DNA of 64,000 nucleotides from Myxococcota bacterium (GTDB lineage: Bacteria > Myxococcota_A > UBA796 > CAJQPC01), in NCBI GenBank assembly GCA_036229005.1, contig JAZAMN010000043.1, positions 74,569-138,568 of the forward strand. The letters are read 5' to 3'. This document shows positions 1 to 9,168 of this stretch, piece by piece. The notes beneath the pieces were generated by a model. The model did not search any database. It was not told where the DNA came from and saw nothing but the letters and a program-made list of their open reading frames with translations. Numbering within the stretch: the stretch's first letter is position 1; each line of letters starts with the position of its first letter. The position numbers were made by a program, and so were the translations under genes.

Positions 1-2
1 AG

Positions 3-560
3 GAGGCCTACCTGACCCCGATGCACCGCATCCAGGGGCCGGAGGCGCAGGCGCTGGCCGTCTTCAAGGCCGCCATCGGCGAGCCCGACTGGGAGCCCGA
101 GCAGCTCCGCGCCCTGGTCGGCCGCCTGCACGAGGAGGGCCGCCTGCGCAGCACCACCCGCTTCTCGCTGCTGCACATCATCGCCGCCCACCCCAGGGTG
201 GGGAACTTCGCCGAGGCCGCCCGCATGGTGGGGGAGCAGGAGCTGGCCGCCCTGGACGAGGGCGGGCCCCTGATGGACGCGGACCTGGCGAGCGTGGATC
301 GCCACCGGGGTGTCCTCGCCTTCCTCAAGGGCCACTACGAGGTGGCGCTGGACTACTTTTCCCGGGCGTTGGACCGAGAGCGCTCCGCAGAGAACCTCAG
401 CAACATCCTCTGCACCCTGATCCGGCTCCGCGAGCTCCCCGAAGCCGAGAACCTGCTGGCCCAGATCCGCGCCAGCTACCCCGAGACCCTGGTGGATGAG
501 CTGGACGGCATCATCCGCCGCGACCCCGACCTTGCCCTCCTGCGCACGGAGACCCCATGA
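3..560 (+). CDS. TPR-repeat protein (possibly 5'-truncated at the window edge; first ATG at 21)
   Basis: TPR-like helices HRGVLAFLKGHYEVALDYFSRALDRERSAENLSNILCTLIRLRELPEAENLL. The frame is open back to the window start (EAYLTP-M). The stop overlaps the next ATG (ATGA, 557-560). Confidence 0.75.
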   Translation, partial: EAYLTPMHRIQGPEAQALAVFKAAIGEPDWEPEQLRALVGRLHEEGRLRSTTRFSLLHIIAAHPRVGNFAEAARMVGEQELAALDEGGPLMDADLASVDRHRGVLAFLKGHYEVALDYFSRALDRERSAENLSNILCTLIRLRELPEAENLLAQIRASYPETLVDELDGIIRRDPDLALLRTETP

Positions 561-757
561 CCCTGCAAGCCTTCTTCTTCTGGATCGCGTCGATCTTCCC
601 TGGCGGCCCCACCTCGGAGCGCTGCGAGCAGCCTCAGGTGGAGCTGTGCCCGGTCTCGGCGCCCGTCGAGGTGGAGCAGCAGAAGGAGAAGGAGGCCGGC
701 GGCTTCTGGAGTTGGGTGCTGGGGAACACCCGGCAGGGCATCAGCAACGGAGTCTGA
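557..757 (+). CDS. Small 66-aa peptide with hydrophobic N-terminus, two Cys and C-terminal ISNGV
   Basis: ATGA-coupled to the upstream TPR gene and ends 1 nt before the sigma ATG. Host-like GC3 codon bias. Exactly fills the gap between the two genes. Confidence 0.75.
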   Translation: MTLQAFFFWIASIFPGGPTSERCEQPQVELCPVSAPVEVEQQKEKEAGGFWSWVLGNTRQGISNGV

Positions 758-758
758 G

Positions 759-1370
759 ATGACGGGACTGCAAGACCAGCTCCGGGCTCTCCTCTCCGAC
801 AGGAACACCCCCGAGACCCGGGCTTTCTTCGAGAAGCTGCTTGGCTACATCGACCGGCGCGCACGCACCCTCTGGCGCACCCGCTACCCCGACCTGCTGC
901 AGGAGTCGCAGGTCGAGGAGGTCGTCGGCGAGGTCCTCAAGCGCCTGGTCACCGGCGCGCTGGCCTCCTTCCGTGGCGAGAGCCTGGGCGAGCTGATGGC
1001 CTTCGTGCGCACCGTCACCGACCGGGCCGTCTGGCGCTGCGCGCAGCGCGTGATCCGTGAGCGGGACCTGCTGGAGGGGCCCGCCCTGGAGGAGGCCGAG
1101 AGCTGGTTCTCCCACAGCGGACCGGACCTGGAGAGCTTCGAGCACGTGCCCGAGGTGCCCCTGAACGACCAGGACCAGGGCTTCCTGGTGGCGCTGCTGG
1201 AGGCCGAATCCAAGGTCGAGTACAGCCGGCGGCACGGGGTCTCCCGGGCGGCGGTCACCCAGCGCGTGCAGCGCATCCGCAAGCGGATCTCGGCCATGCC
1301 CCAGGACGACCAGAGCGCGGTGGACGCGTGGCTGCACATCCAGGCGCGCAGGCACCTGGCCCAGAGCTGA
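759..1370 (+). CDS. ECF-type sigma70 factor (divergent)
   Basis: Region 2-like QVEEVVGEVLKRL...FRGESLGELMAFVRTVTDR; region 4 HTH LNDQDQGFL...SKVEYSRRHGVSRAAVTQRVQRIRKRI; 203 aa. Confidence 0.75.
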   Translation: MTGLQDQLRALLSDRNTPETRAFFEKLLGYIDRRARTLWRTRYPDLLQESQVEEVVGEVLKRLVTGALASFRGESLGELMAFVRTVTDRAVWRCAQRVIRERDLLEGPALEEAESWFSHSGPDLESFEHVPEVPLNDQDQGFLVALLEAESKVEYSRRHGVSRAAVTQRVQRIRKRISAMPQDDQSAVDAWLHIQARRHLAQS

Positions 1371-1374
1371 GCTC

Positions 1375-1397
1375 GGTCCCACCGTGGGGGGGGGACC
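1375..1397 (+). terminator. Possible hairpin after the sigma gene
   Basis: GGTCCC...GGGACC inverted repeat just after the stop; no U-tract. Confidence 0.3.
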
Positions 1398-1459
1398 GCG
1401 ACATCCCTGCCCCTCTTTGCTCCCGCTCCGCGCCCGATTAGCCTGCGGGCAGGGCAGAT

Positions 1460-2515
1460 ATGGGAGTCGAGATGCTTGGATTCGCTTTGATGCTGGGGGC
1501 CGCTCCGGCCTACCCCTGCGCCAACCTGGTCACCACGGAAGGCGAGCTCGCCACCTCCGACACCCAGGAGGTCCTCTTCGAGAAGGAGGGGGAGGCCTCG
1601 GTGGTCGAATACCGGGTGGCCTACCAAGGGGACGCCGCGGACTTTGGCTGGATCATCGCGCTGGATGGCGAGTTCGAGGCGCTGGTGGACGGCGACGTCG
1701 CCCGCTTCGACACCCTGCGCGAGGCCAGCGATCCCCAGGTCACCTACTGGGAGGACGACACCAGCGACTCCGGTCCCTCCTTGGGGTGCCGTTCCAAGGC
1801 CGGCGGCACCGACCGGGTCAACAGCCTCTCGGACACGGGCAGCGGGAGCTGGGAGGTGGTCGCCGAGGGCTTCTCCGGCACCTACGCCTACACCGTCATC
1901 CAGGCCGACGACCCCGCGGGCCTCTCCGAGTGGCTGACCGAGGCCGGCTTCGACGCCAGCGCCTCCCAGGACACCCTGGACACCTACCTCCAGGAGGGCG
2001 CCCAGATGGTCCTGGTGCGCGTGAACCCCGACTCCGCCGAGACCCCCAGCGAGGGCGCCGAGCTGCCCCCCGTGCGCATCACCTACGCCGGTGAGTTCAG
2101 CTTCCCCGCGCGCATGGCCCGCGAGTCCTCCGCGACCGAGATGGCCACCACCGTCTACGTGCTCGGCGAGCAGCGCGCTCAGGTCAGCGGCTGGGCCCAG
2201 ACCGACGTGGACTACCTGGACGGGAGCGACGTCAGCGCCGAGCAGCTCTGGTACACCAGCCTGCTCGCCCTGGGCCTGAACAAGGGCTACGGCCGCGTCT
2301 ACGCCGGCGAGTACGAGGGCGCCTTCCTCACCCGCTTCGAGACCCGCGCTCCTACCGACGTGCACGACGTGGACCCCGTGTTCACCGTGGACGACGGCGA
2401 CCAGGCCTTCCGCGCCAGCATCGACATCTGGGGCGCCGCGCCCAGCTCCGAGGGCTGGATGCTCCTGCCGCTGCTGGGCCTGGGCCTGGGCCTGATGCGT
2501 CGTCGCCGCGCCTGA
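1460..2515 (+). CDS. DUF2330-like secreted protein with C-terminal TM + poly-Arg anchor
   Basis: Signal peptide ending AYPC; YQGDAADFGWII motif; L.EWL...GF, F.FP.RM and FLTRF motifs; C-terminus WMLLPLLGLGLGLMRRRRA. Confidence 0.75.
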   Translation: MGVEMLGFALMLGAAPAYPCANLVTTEGELATSDTQEVLFEKEGEASVVEYRVAYQGDAADFGWIIALDGEFEALVDGDVARFDTLREASDPQVTYWEDDTSDSGPSLGCRSKAGGTDRVNSLSDTGSGSWEVVAEGFSGTYAYTVIQADDPAGLSEWLTEAGFDASASQDTLDTYLQEGAQMVLVRVNPDSAETPSEGAELPPVRITYAGEFSFPARMARESSATEMATTVYVLGEQRAQVSGWAQTDVDYLDGSDVSAEQLWYTSLLALGLNKGYGRVYAGEYEGAFLTRFETRAPTDVHDVDPVFTVDDGDQAFRASIDIWGAAPSSEGWMLLPLLGLGLGLMRRRRA

Positions 2516-2527
2516 TAGCTTCGGGGC

Positions 2528-3952
2528 GTGCGCGCCCCCCCGCCCCCCGGTCTGTGCTTGCCCGCCCTGGGCCTCTTCGCCCTGGGCCTGCTGATCCACG
2601 GCCTCTGGGCCCTGTCCATCCCCGTCCCGGTGGACTGGGATCCCGCCTACTACCGGGAAATCGCCGGCAACATCGCCGCCGGGGAGGGCGCCGTCACCCA
2701 CGCCGGCGTGCTCTGGGGCCTGGCCGAGCTGGGCCTCCCGCAGCCCGCCGACCTTCACTGGAGCCCGCTGCCCTCCCGCGTGCTCGTCCCTGGCCTCTGG
2801 CTCTGGCCGGCCCACGGCGATCAGCTCGTCAGCGTGGTCCTGGGCGCGCTCTGGGCCCCCCTGGCCTGGGTCATCGCCCGCAGCCTGAAGGCCTCCCCCC
2901 GATCCGCCCTCCTGGCCGGCCTCATCGGCGCCACGGGTCTGGGCTACGCCCGCTTCCTGAGCACCCCCGACTCCATCGCCCTGGCCGGCGTCTGCGGGGG
3001 CCTGCTCACCTGGGGCCTGGCCTCCCGGCGCTGGTGGCTCGCCGCGATGGGGGCTGCGTTGCTGGCGCTCACCCGAGGCGAGGGCTTCCTGGTCGCTGGC
3101 CTCGCCGGGGTGGCGCTCTTGAGCCGGCGTGAGCTGCGCGGCGCCCTGATGGTCGGCGGCGCCGGGATCCTGAGCTGGGGGGCCTGGCAGGCTCGGTGTG
3201 TCCTCGTTGGCGGGGAGATCTGGCTCAGCCAGCGCGCGCAGGTCGCAGTCCAGGTGGACTACCTGGCGTTCGTGCGGGCCGAGTCCTCTTCCTCCTCCCT
3301 CCTTGAGCGGCTGGGTTTCGTGGTGGGGGAGCTGCCCGAGGCTGCCCTGATCATCCTCCTGGCCTCTGCGGTGCTCGGACTCCCCCTGGCCGGGGGGGCC
3401 TCCCGCCAACGAGGACAGGCTGCCTGGATCCGCGCCTTCTGGCTGACGCTGTTCGCGCTGCCGGTGCTGGTGTTGGGCCTCGCGCCCGCGGTGGCGGCCT
3501 CCGGCTCGGTGTTCCGCAGCCTGGCCTGCCTGGCCCCCGCGATGGCGGCGCTGATGGGCGTGGGCCTGGAGCGGGCGGCAGAGTGGGGGAGCGCCCGGCG
3601 CGGCTACCCGCCGGCCTTCGTGTTCACGCTGGGGCTGCTCGGGGTGGGGGGCCTCTCGCTGGGGGTGGGGTGGAGCACCCTCAAAGCGCGGCCCTCCAGG
3701 GCTCTGTCTTGCCCCGAGCTGAAGGGCCCGGTGCTGGCCTCCGATCCGCTGTCCCTGGCGGACCGCTGCGGCGTGGACGCCTGGCTGCTCCCGGGGGGCG
3801 CGCAGCCCGATGCCGTGCGGGATCTCGTCCGGTCCCAGGGCATCTCCGAGGCGGTGATCCGGGAAGGGGATGGCCTGGCCATGGACCCCGAGCAGGCCGC
3901 GGCGCTGTTGGGCTGGACGCTGGATCCCCAGGGGGTCCTCCGCTCTGATTGA
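2528..3952 (+). CDS. Polytopic membrane GT-C-type glycosyltransferase (PMT/ArnT-like)
   Basis: N-terminal TM then DWDPAYY..IA.NIA.GEG; H-W-x-P-L-P motif; LALTRGEG; many hydrophobic segments. Confidence 0.6.
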   Translation: MRAPPPPGLCLPALGLFALGLLIHGLWALSIPVPVDWDPAYYREIAGNIAAGEGAVTHAGVLWGLAELGLPQPADLHWSPLPSRVLVPGLWLWPAHGDQLVSVVLGALWAPLAWVIARSLKASPRSALLAGLIGATGLGYARFLSTPDSIALAGVCGGLLTWGLASRRWWLAAMGAALLALTRGEGFLVAGLAGVALLSRRELRGALMVGGAGILSWGAWQARCVLVGGEIWLSQRAQVAVQVDYLAFVRAESSSSSLLERLGFVVGELPEAALIILLASAVLGLPLAGGASRQRGQAAWIRAFWLTLFALPVLVLGLAPAVAASGSVFRSLACLAPAMAALMGVGLERAAEWGSARRGYPPAFVFTLGLLGVGGLSLGVGWSTLKARPSRALSCPELKGPVLASDPLSLADRCGVDAWLLPGGAQPDAVRDLVRSQGISEAVIREGDGLAMDPEQAAALLGWTLDPQGVLRSD

Positions 3953-4003
3953 CACAATGTCAGGCCCCCAGGGGGCGCTGATTTGAAGGCTGACACCCTG
4001 TCC
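3950..4003. promoter_or_regulatory. Two TGACA-N3-TGTC(A/C) palindromes, putative enhancer-binding-protein sites
   Basis: TGACAcaaTGTCA at 3950-3962 and TGACAcccTGTCC at 3991-4003, upstream of a -24/-12 promoter. Confidence 0.55.
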
Positions 4004-4043
4004 CCTTTGGCCGAATCGCCCCAGCCTGTGGGCCTTGTTGGGG

Positions 4044-4059
4044 TGGCCCGATGCTTGCA
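4044..4059 (+). promoter_or_regulatory. Sigma54 (-24/-12) promoter of the gsp operon
   Basis: TGGCCCG-ATGC-TTGCA vs consensus TGGCACG-N4-TTGCW; GG-N10-GC spacing exact; about 50 nt before the gspC ATG. Confidence 0.75.
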
Positions 4060-4107
4060 GGACGGGGGCTGAGAGCCCCCCTGTGGGCATGGAGACTGGC
4101 AAAAGCC

Positions 4108-5064
4108 ATGCGAGAGCATCTTTCCGACAAGCGGGTCTGGATCGGAGCCGGGGTCATCGCCCTCGCGTCCTTTGCAGCCGCCGCTGGCCTGAACCTGGTG
4201 GTGATCAAGCCCAAGCTTGCCCTCCCGGACGACGCCGAGCTCCCCAGCGTGGGGGAGTTCGTCGCGGACGCGGGGTCGGATGGGCCGGACATCGAGGACG
4301 GCGGGCGCGCCCCCGCGCCGCGGCCCCGAGCCACCAGCGAGAGCCGCTTTCTGGACATCATCGTCAAGGGCAACATCTTCGACAGCTCCAAGGTCGGGCA
4401 GGAGCCCGAGGCCGAGCTGATCGACGATGGCAGCGGTCGCAAGACCAAGCTGGACCTGGTCCTCATCGCCACCATGGTGGCCGAGCCCGCGCAGTTCTCC
4501 TCTGCCCTGATCTCAGGAAAGGGCAAGGACGACCGGGCCTTTGGTTATGGCGTCGAAGACGAGATCATGGGCGCCACCATCCTGGAGATCCAGCAGAAGG
4601 CGGTCAAGCTCGAGGTCAACGGCGAGGTCGAGTGGCTCTACATGGACCCGGGTGCCGTCAAGGAGCCCAAGGCGGCCACGGCCTCCAATGACCGCAGCCT
4701 GCTCCGGGACGACGACGCCGAGGACGGCATCACCGAGTCCGGCGGCAAGATCATCGTCGAGCGCCGGGTCGTGGACGAGGCCCTGGCCAACGTCGAGACC
4801 CTGGCCACCAAGATGCGGGTCGTGCCCCACAAGGGCGCCGACGGCCAGATCGACGGCTACCGCCTGAGCGCAATCCGCCGCGGCAGCCTCTTCGACAAGC
4901 TGGGCATCAAGAACGGGGACGTCGTGCACGGCGTCAACGGCATGCCCCTCACCAGCACCGACGGTGCCTTCCAAGCCTTCCAGACGCTGCAGAGCGAGAG
5001 CGCCTTCACCTTCGAGGTGACCCGCCGCAACCAGCGCCAGACCTTTGAGTACGAGGTCCGCTGA
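4108..5064 (+). CDS. gspC: Type II secretion protein C (PDZ-type)
   Basis: N-terminal TM, HR domain (LVLIATMVAEPAQFSSALI), C-terminal PDZ (GYRLSAIRRGSLFDKLGIKNGDVVHGVNG); first gene of the gsp operon. Confidence 0.9.
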   Translation: MREHLSDKRVWIGAGVIALASFAAAAGLNLVVIKPKLALPDDAELPSVGEFVADAGSDGPDIEDGGRAPAPRPRATSESRFLDIIVKGNIFDSSKVGQEPEAELIDDGSGRKTKLDLVLIATMVAEPAQFSSALISGKGKDDRAFGYGVEDEIMGATILEIQQKAVKLEVNGEVEWLYMDPGAVKEPKAATASNDRSLLRDDDAEDGITESGGKIIVERRVVDEALANVETLATKMRVVPHKGADGQIDGYRLSAIRRGSLFDKLGIKNGDVVHGVNGMPLTSTDGAFQAFQTLQSESAFTFEVTRRNQRQTFEYEVR

Positions 5065-5098
5065 GCCCCTGGCTCAGGACCCCCGCAGGAGCAGAACC

Positions 5099-7465
5099 TT
5101 GCAGAACCTCTCGCAGATTTCCCGTCGCTTGGGCCTGGGTGCCTTCCTGGCGCTCACCGGTCTGGCCCTCCCCGGGGCCGCCTTCGCCCAGGACAAGGAC
5201 CTGGACGACTCCCGGAACAAGCCCCCGTGCGCGACGCCGGCCACGGTGACCCTGGACTACGTCGAGTACGACGTCCAGGAGCTGGTCAAGTACATGGCCG
5301 AGACCTCCTGCCGGAACCTGATCCTGGGCGGTGACGAGCTCAAGGGCAAGGTCACCATCATCAGCCACAAGCCGGTGCCCTACTGGAGCGCCTTCGCGGC
5401 CATGGAGTCCGCGCTGGCCACCGCCGGCTACACCATGGTCGAGGTCGGCGGGACCTACAAGGTGCTCCCCACCAGCGAGGCCGCGCAGGCCCCCGTGGCC
5501 GTGTACGAGGGCACCACCATCCCGGCCACGGACCGGGTGGTCACCCAGATCTTCCAGCTCGACAACGTGCAGGTCTCGGACATCTCCTCCATCGCCAAGG
5601 AGATGGCCGGCCCCAAGGCCAAGATCATCGCCTACGTGCCCACCAACACGCTGATCGTGACCGACTCGGCCTACAACATCCGCCGCATGTGGAAGGTGGT
5701 CGGCCAGCTCGACGTCGAGGCGCCCAAGTCCGAGATCCACGTCGTCCAGATCAAGAACGCCACCGCGAGCGAGATCAAGACGCTGATCGAGACCATCTAC
5801 GGCACCTCCGAGAACGAGAGCAGCAGCAGCACCACCACCAGCAGCAGCACCAGCAACTCGGCCGCTGCTCGCCGTCGCCGCCGCCGGAACCGGGACGCCG
5901 CCGCCGCCGCCTCCACCGAGGCCTCCGCCTCCAACGTGGGCAAGCAGGGCAGCTACATCGAGAAGATCGTCGCGGACGACCGCACCAACCGCCTGATCAT
6001 CCTGGCCAACGACGCGGCCATGGAGAAGGTGCAGGAGCTGATCGACGAGCTCGACGCCGACGTGGACCCCGCCAACCGGGCCAAGATCCACGTGGTCTAC
6101 CTGGAGCACGCCAAGGCCGAGGACGTCGCCTCCACCCTGGCCGCCCTCTCCCAGGGCAGCAGCAACAACGCCACCACCCGGCGCACCACCCAGACCGCCC
6201 GGAACGGCCGCACCATCCCGCAGCCCGACGCCGCGGCCGAGGGCAGCCCCAGCGTCACCGCCCTGCTGGACGACGACGTCCGCATCACCGCGGATGAGAA
6301 CACCAACAGCCTGGTGATCGTGGCCTCCCCCGAGGCCTTCCGCATCCTCAAGAACGTCATCGACCAGCTCGACATCCGCCGCAAGCAGGTGTTCGTCGAG
6401 GTCGTCATCATGGAGATGGCCACCGACGACAGCACCGACCTGGGCCTGAGCTACCACACCGGCATCCCCGGGGACTCCGCGACCACCGTCCTGTCCTCGC
6501 AGATGGGGCCCAGCTCGCTGGGTGTGAGCACGGACCTGCTGTCCGGCGTTGCGATGGGCGTGTTCGGCGACACCATCCCCGTCACCGTCGACGGAACCAG
6601 CGTGGATCTGCCCGCCTTCGGTGTGGTCGTGAACGCCCTGCAGGCCAACTCGCAGGTCAACATCCTCTCCACGCCCAACATCATGACCCTGGACAACGAG
6701 GAGGCGGAGATCGTCGTCGGTCGCAACGTGCCCTTCCCCACCTCCCAGGGCCGCGACTCGAACAACAACCCCATCATCTCGTTCACCCGCGAGGACGTGG
6801 CCATCACGCTGCGCGTGACCCCCCAGATCAACGAGTCCGACTACGTCACCCTCGAGGTCTACCAGGAGGTCACCGAGATCGAGGACAGCGCGTCTTCGTC
6901 CAGCTCCGACGTCACCCTGTCGGGCGGCCCCACGACCTCCAAGCGCACGGCCGAGACCACCGTGCTGGTCCGGGACAACCAGACCGTGGTGATCGGCGGA
7001 CTGATGTCCTCGACGGACTCCGAGATCGAGACCAAGGTGCCGCTGCTGGGCGACCTGCCCCTGATCGGTGTGCTCTTCCGTTCGACCTCCAAGAGCTCCC
7101 GCAAGACCAACCTGCTGATCTTCCTGACCCCCCACGTGATCGACGATCCCGGGGATCTGGAGGAGGTCTACCGGGTCAAGGTGGCCCAGCGCGAGGAGTT
7201 CCTGCGCCGCTTCTACGGCAAGTCCGAGCTGGAGCAGGCCCAGGCCCTGGACGAGCTGCTCTCCTACTCGATGAACATCATCGATGACCCCAGCGGGCCC
7301 CGCTACTCGGCCACCTTCACCGACGAGGACGGCACCGAGACCTACGTGAACGGCGGCGCGGAGGGCGAGGAGGCCGATGCGGCCCAGGACACCGAGATGC
7401 GCACCGCCGGGGACCCCATCCCCCCCGCTGATGTCGACCCTGACGCCCAGCCCGAGGACCTCTGA
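5099..7465 (+). CDS. gspD: Type II secretion secretin D
   Basis: N-domain repeats (TNTLIVTD, ADDRTNRLII, ADENTNSLVI); QVFVEVVIME; NILSTPNIMTLDNEEAEIVVG; KVPLLGDLPLIG.LFRS. TTG start after AGGAG. Confidence 0.95.
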   Translation: MQNLSQISRRLGLGAFLALTGLALPGAAFAQDKDLDDSRNKPPCATPATVTLDYVEYDVQELVKYMAETSCRNLILGGDELKGKVTIISHKPVPYWSAFAAMESALATAGYTMVEVGGTYKVLPTSEAAQAPVAVYEGTTIPATDRVVTQIFQLDNVQVSDISSIAKEMAGPKAKIIAYVPTNTLIVTDSAYNIRRMWKVVGQLDVEAPKSEIHVVQIKNATASEIKTLIETIYGTSENESSSSTTTSSSTSNSAAARRRRRRNRDAAAAASTEASASNVGKQGSYIEKIVADDRTNRLIILANDAAMEKVQELIDELDADVDPANRAKIHVVYLEHAKAEDVASTLAALSQGSSNNATTRRTTQTARNGRTIPQPDAAAEGSPSVTALLDDDVRITADENTNSLVIVASPEAFRILKNVIDQLDIRRKQVFVEVVIMEMATDDSTDLGLSYHTGIPGDSATTVLSSQMGPSSLGVSTDLLSGVAMGVFGDTIPVTVDGTSVDLPAFGVVVNALQANSQVNILSTPNIMTLDNEEAEIVVGRNVPFPTSQGRDSNNNPIISFTREDVAITLRVTPQINESDYVTLEVYQEVTEIEDSASSSSSDVTLSGGPTTSKRTAETTVLVRDNQTVVIGGLMSSTDSEIETKVPLLGDLPLIGVLFRSTSKSSRKTNLLIFLTPHVIDDPGDLEEVYRVKVAQREEFLRRFYGKSELEQAQALDELLSYSMNIIDDPSGPRYSATFTDEDGTETYVNGGAEGEEADAAQDTEMRTAGDPIPPADVDPDAQPEDL

Positions 7466-9168
7466 TGGCCATCCGCCGCCGCTCCCTGGACGAAGTCCTG
7501 CAGGACCGGGGCCTGGCCCCCGAGCTGCTCGCCGACGCCCGCAAGACCGCTGAGAAGACCGGCTCCAGCCTGCTCGAGACCGTGCAGCGGGGCGAGGCCT
7601 CCCAGCTCGCCGTGACCCGGGGCCTCGCGGACCTGACCGGCCTGCGCGTGCTGGAGACCATCGACCTGGAGCGCATCGACATCGAGCTGGTGCGGCGCAT
7701 CCCCCTGGGCCTGGCCCGCGAGCAGCAGATCCTGCCCCTGTGGATCGAGGACGACGGCCGCGTGCTGGCTGGCATCGCGTCCCCGAGCTGCCTGCCCTCC
7801 GCCGACGACATGCGCGTGGTGCTCAAGCGCCCCATCGACCCGGTGCTGGTGCCGGCGGATGTCCTCAAGGACGCCATCAACAAGAGCTTCGACCGCGCGG
7901 CCCGCTCGGCCTCCGCCGTCATGTCCGAGATCGAGGAGGAGCAGGAGGACGACCTGGCCGGGGACCTGTCCCTGGAAGAGGACATCCTGGATGACCCCAA
8001 CCAGGCCCCCATCATCCGCTTCGTGAACACGCTGCTCACGCAGGCGATCAAGGACCGGGCCTCGGACATCCACATCGAGCCCTTCGAGAAGGAGCTGCTG
8101 GTCCGCTTCCGGATCGACGGCGTGCTCTACGAGATCGTGAAGCCGCCGCCCCGGCTGCAGGCCTCCATCGTCAGCCGCATCAAGATCATGGCCGGCCTGA
8201 ACATCGCCGAGAAGCGCATCCCCCAGGACGGCCGCATCCGCATCCGCATGGCCGGCCGCGAGGTCGATCTGCGCGTGAGCACGCTCCCCGTGCGCTACGG
8301 CGAGCGCGTCGTCATGCGTATCCTGGAGAAGGGTCAGGTCTTCTCCCTGGAGCGCGTGGGCATGTCCCAGGAGAACCTGGAGGTCTTCCGCGAGTACATC
8401 CGGCGGCCCCACGGCATCATCCTGGTCACCGGCCCCACGGGCTCTGGTAAGACCACCACGCTCTACTCGGCGCTGGCGGAGATCAACCGCCCGGACCTGA
8501 ACATCCTCACCATCGAGGACCCCATCGAGTACGAGCTGCGCGGCATCGGCCAGACGCAGGTCAACCCCAAGATCGACCTGACCTTCGCCAGCGTGTTGCG
8601 CGCCCACCTGCGTCAGGACCCGGACGTCATCCTGGTCGGTGAGACCCGTGACAAGGAGACCGCGGACAACGCCGTCCAGGCCTCGCTCACCGGTCACCTG
8701 GTGTTCTCCACCCTGCACACCAACGACTCCCCCGGCGCCTTCCCCCGCCTCACCGATATGGGCGTCGAGCCCTTCCTGGTCGCCAGCTCCCTGCTGATGA
8801 TCCTGGCCCAGCGCCTGGTCCGCCGGCTCTGCCCCGAGTGCAAGACCCCCTACGAGCCCCTGGACGGGGAGCTCGCCGATCTGGGCCTGACCCGCGCGGA
8901 CGTCGCCGGACGCACGGTCTACAAGGCCTGCGGCTGCGATGTGTGCCTCAAGACCGGGTACAAGGGCCGTACCGGCATCTACGAGCTGCTGGAGGTGACC
9001 GACGCCATCCGCAACGCCGTGATGCAGGAGGCCGACGGCTCGGCCATCAAGCGCGTGGCGACCGAGGGGGGCATGAAGACCCTCCGCGACGACGGCATCC
9101 GCAAGGTCTTCGAGGGTGAGACCACCTTCGAGGAGGTCATGCGCGTCACCAGCGAGGACTCCCGCTAG
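7465..9168 (+). CDS. gspE: Type II secretion ATPase E
   Basis: ASDIHIEP; Walker A GPTGSGKTTT; LRQDPDVILVGE; LTGHLVFSTLH; CxxC...CxxC. Confidence 0.97.
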   Translation: MAIRRRSLDEVLQDRGLAPELLADARKTAEKTGSSLLETVQRGEASQLAVTRGLADLTGLRVLETIDLERIDIELVRRIPLGLAREQQILPLWIEDDGRVLAGIASPSCLPSADDMRVVLKRPIDPVLVPADVLKDAINKSFDRAARSASAVMSEIEEEQEDDLAGDLSLEEDILDDPNQAPIIRFVNTLLTQAIKDRASDIHIEPFEKELLVRFRIDGVLYEIVKPPPRLQASIVSRIKIMAGLNIAEKRIPQDGRIRIRMAGREVDLRVSTLPVRYGERVVMRILEKGQVFSLERVGMSQENLEVFREYIRRPHGIILVTGPTGSGKTTTLYSALAEINRPDLNILTIEDPIEYELRGIGQTQVNPKIDLTFASVLRAHLRQDPDVILVGETRDKETADNAVQASLTGHLVFSTLHTNDSPGAFPRLTDMGVEPFLVASSLLMILAQRLVRRLCPECKTPYEPLDGELADLGLTRADVAGRTVYKACGCDVCLKTGYKGRTGIYELLEVTDAIRNAVMQEADGSAIKRVATEGGMKTLRDDGIRKVFEGETTFEEVMRVTSEDSR

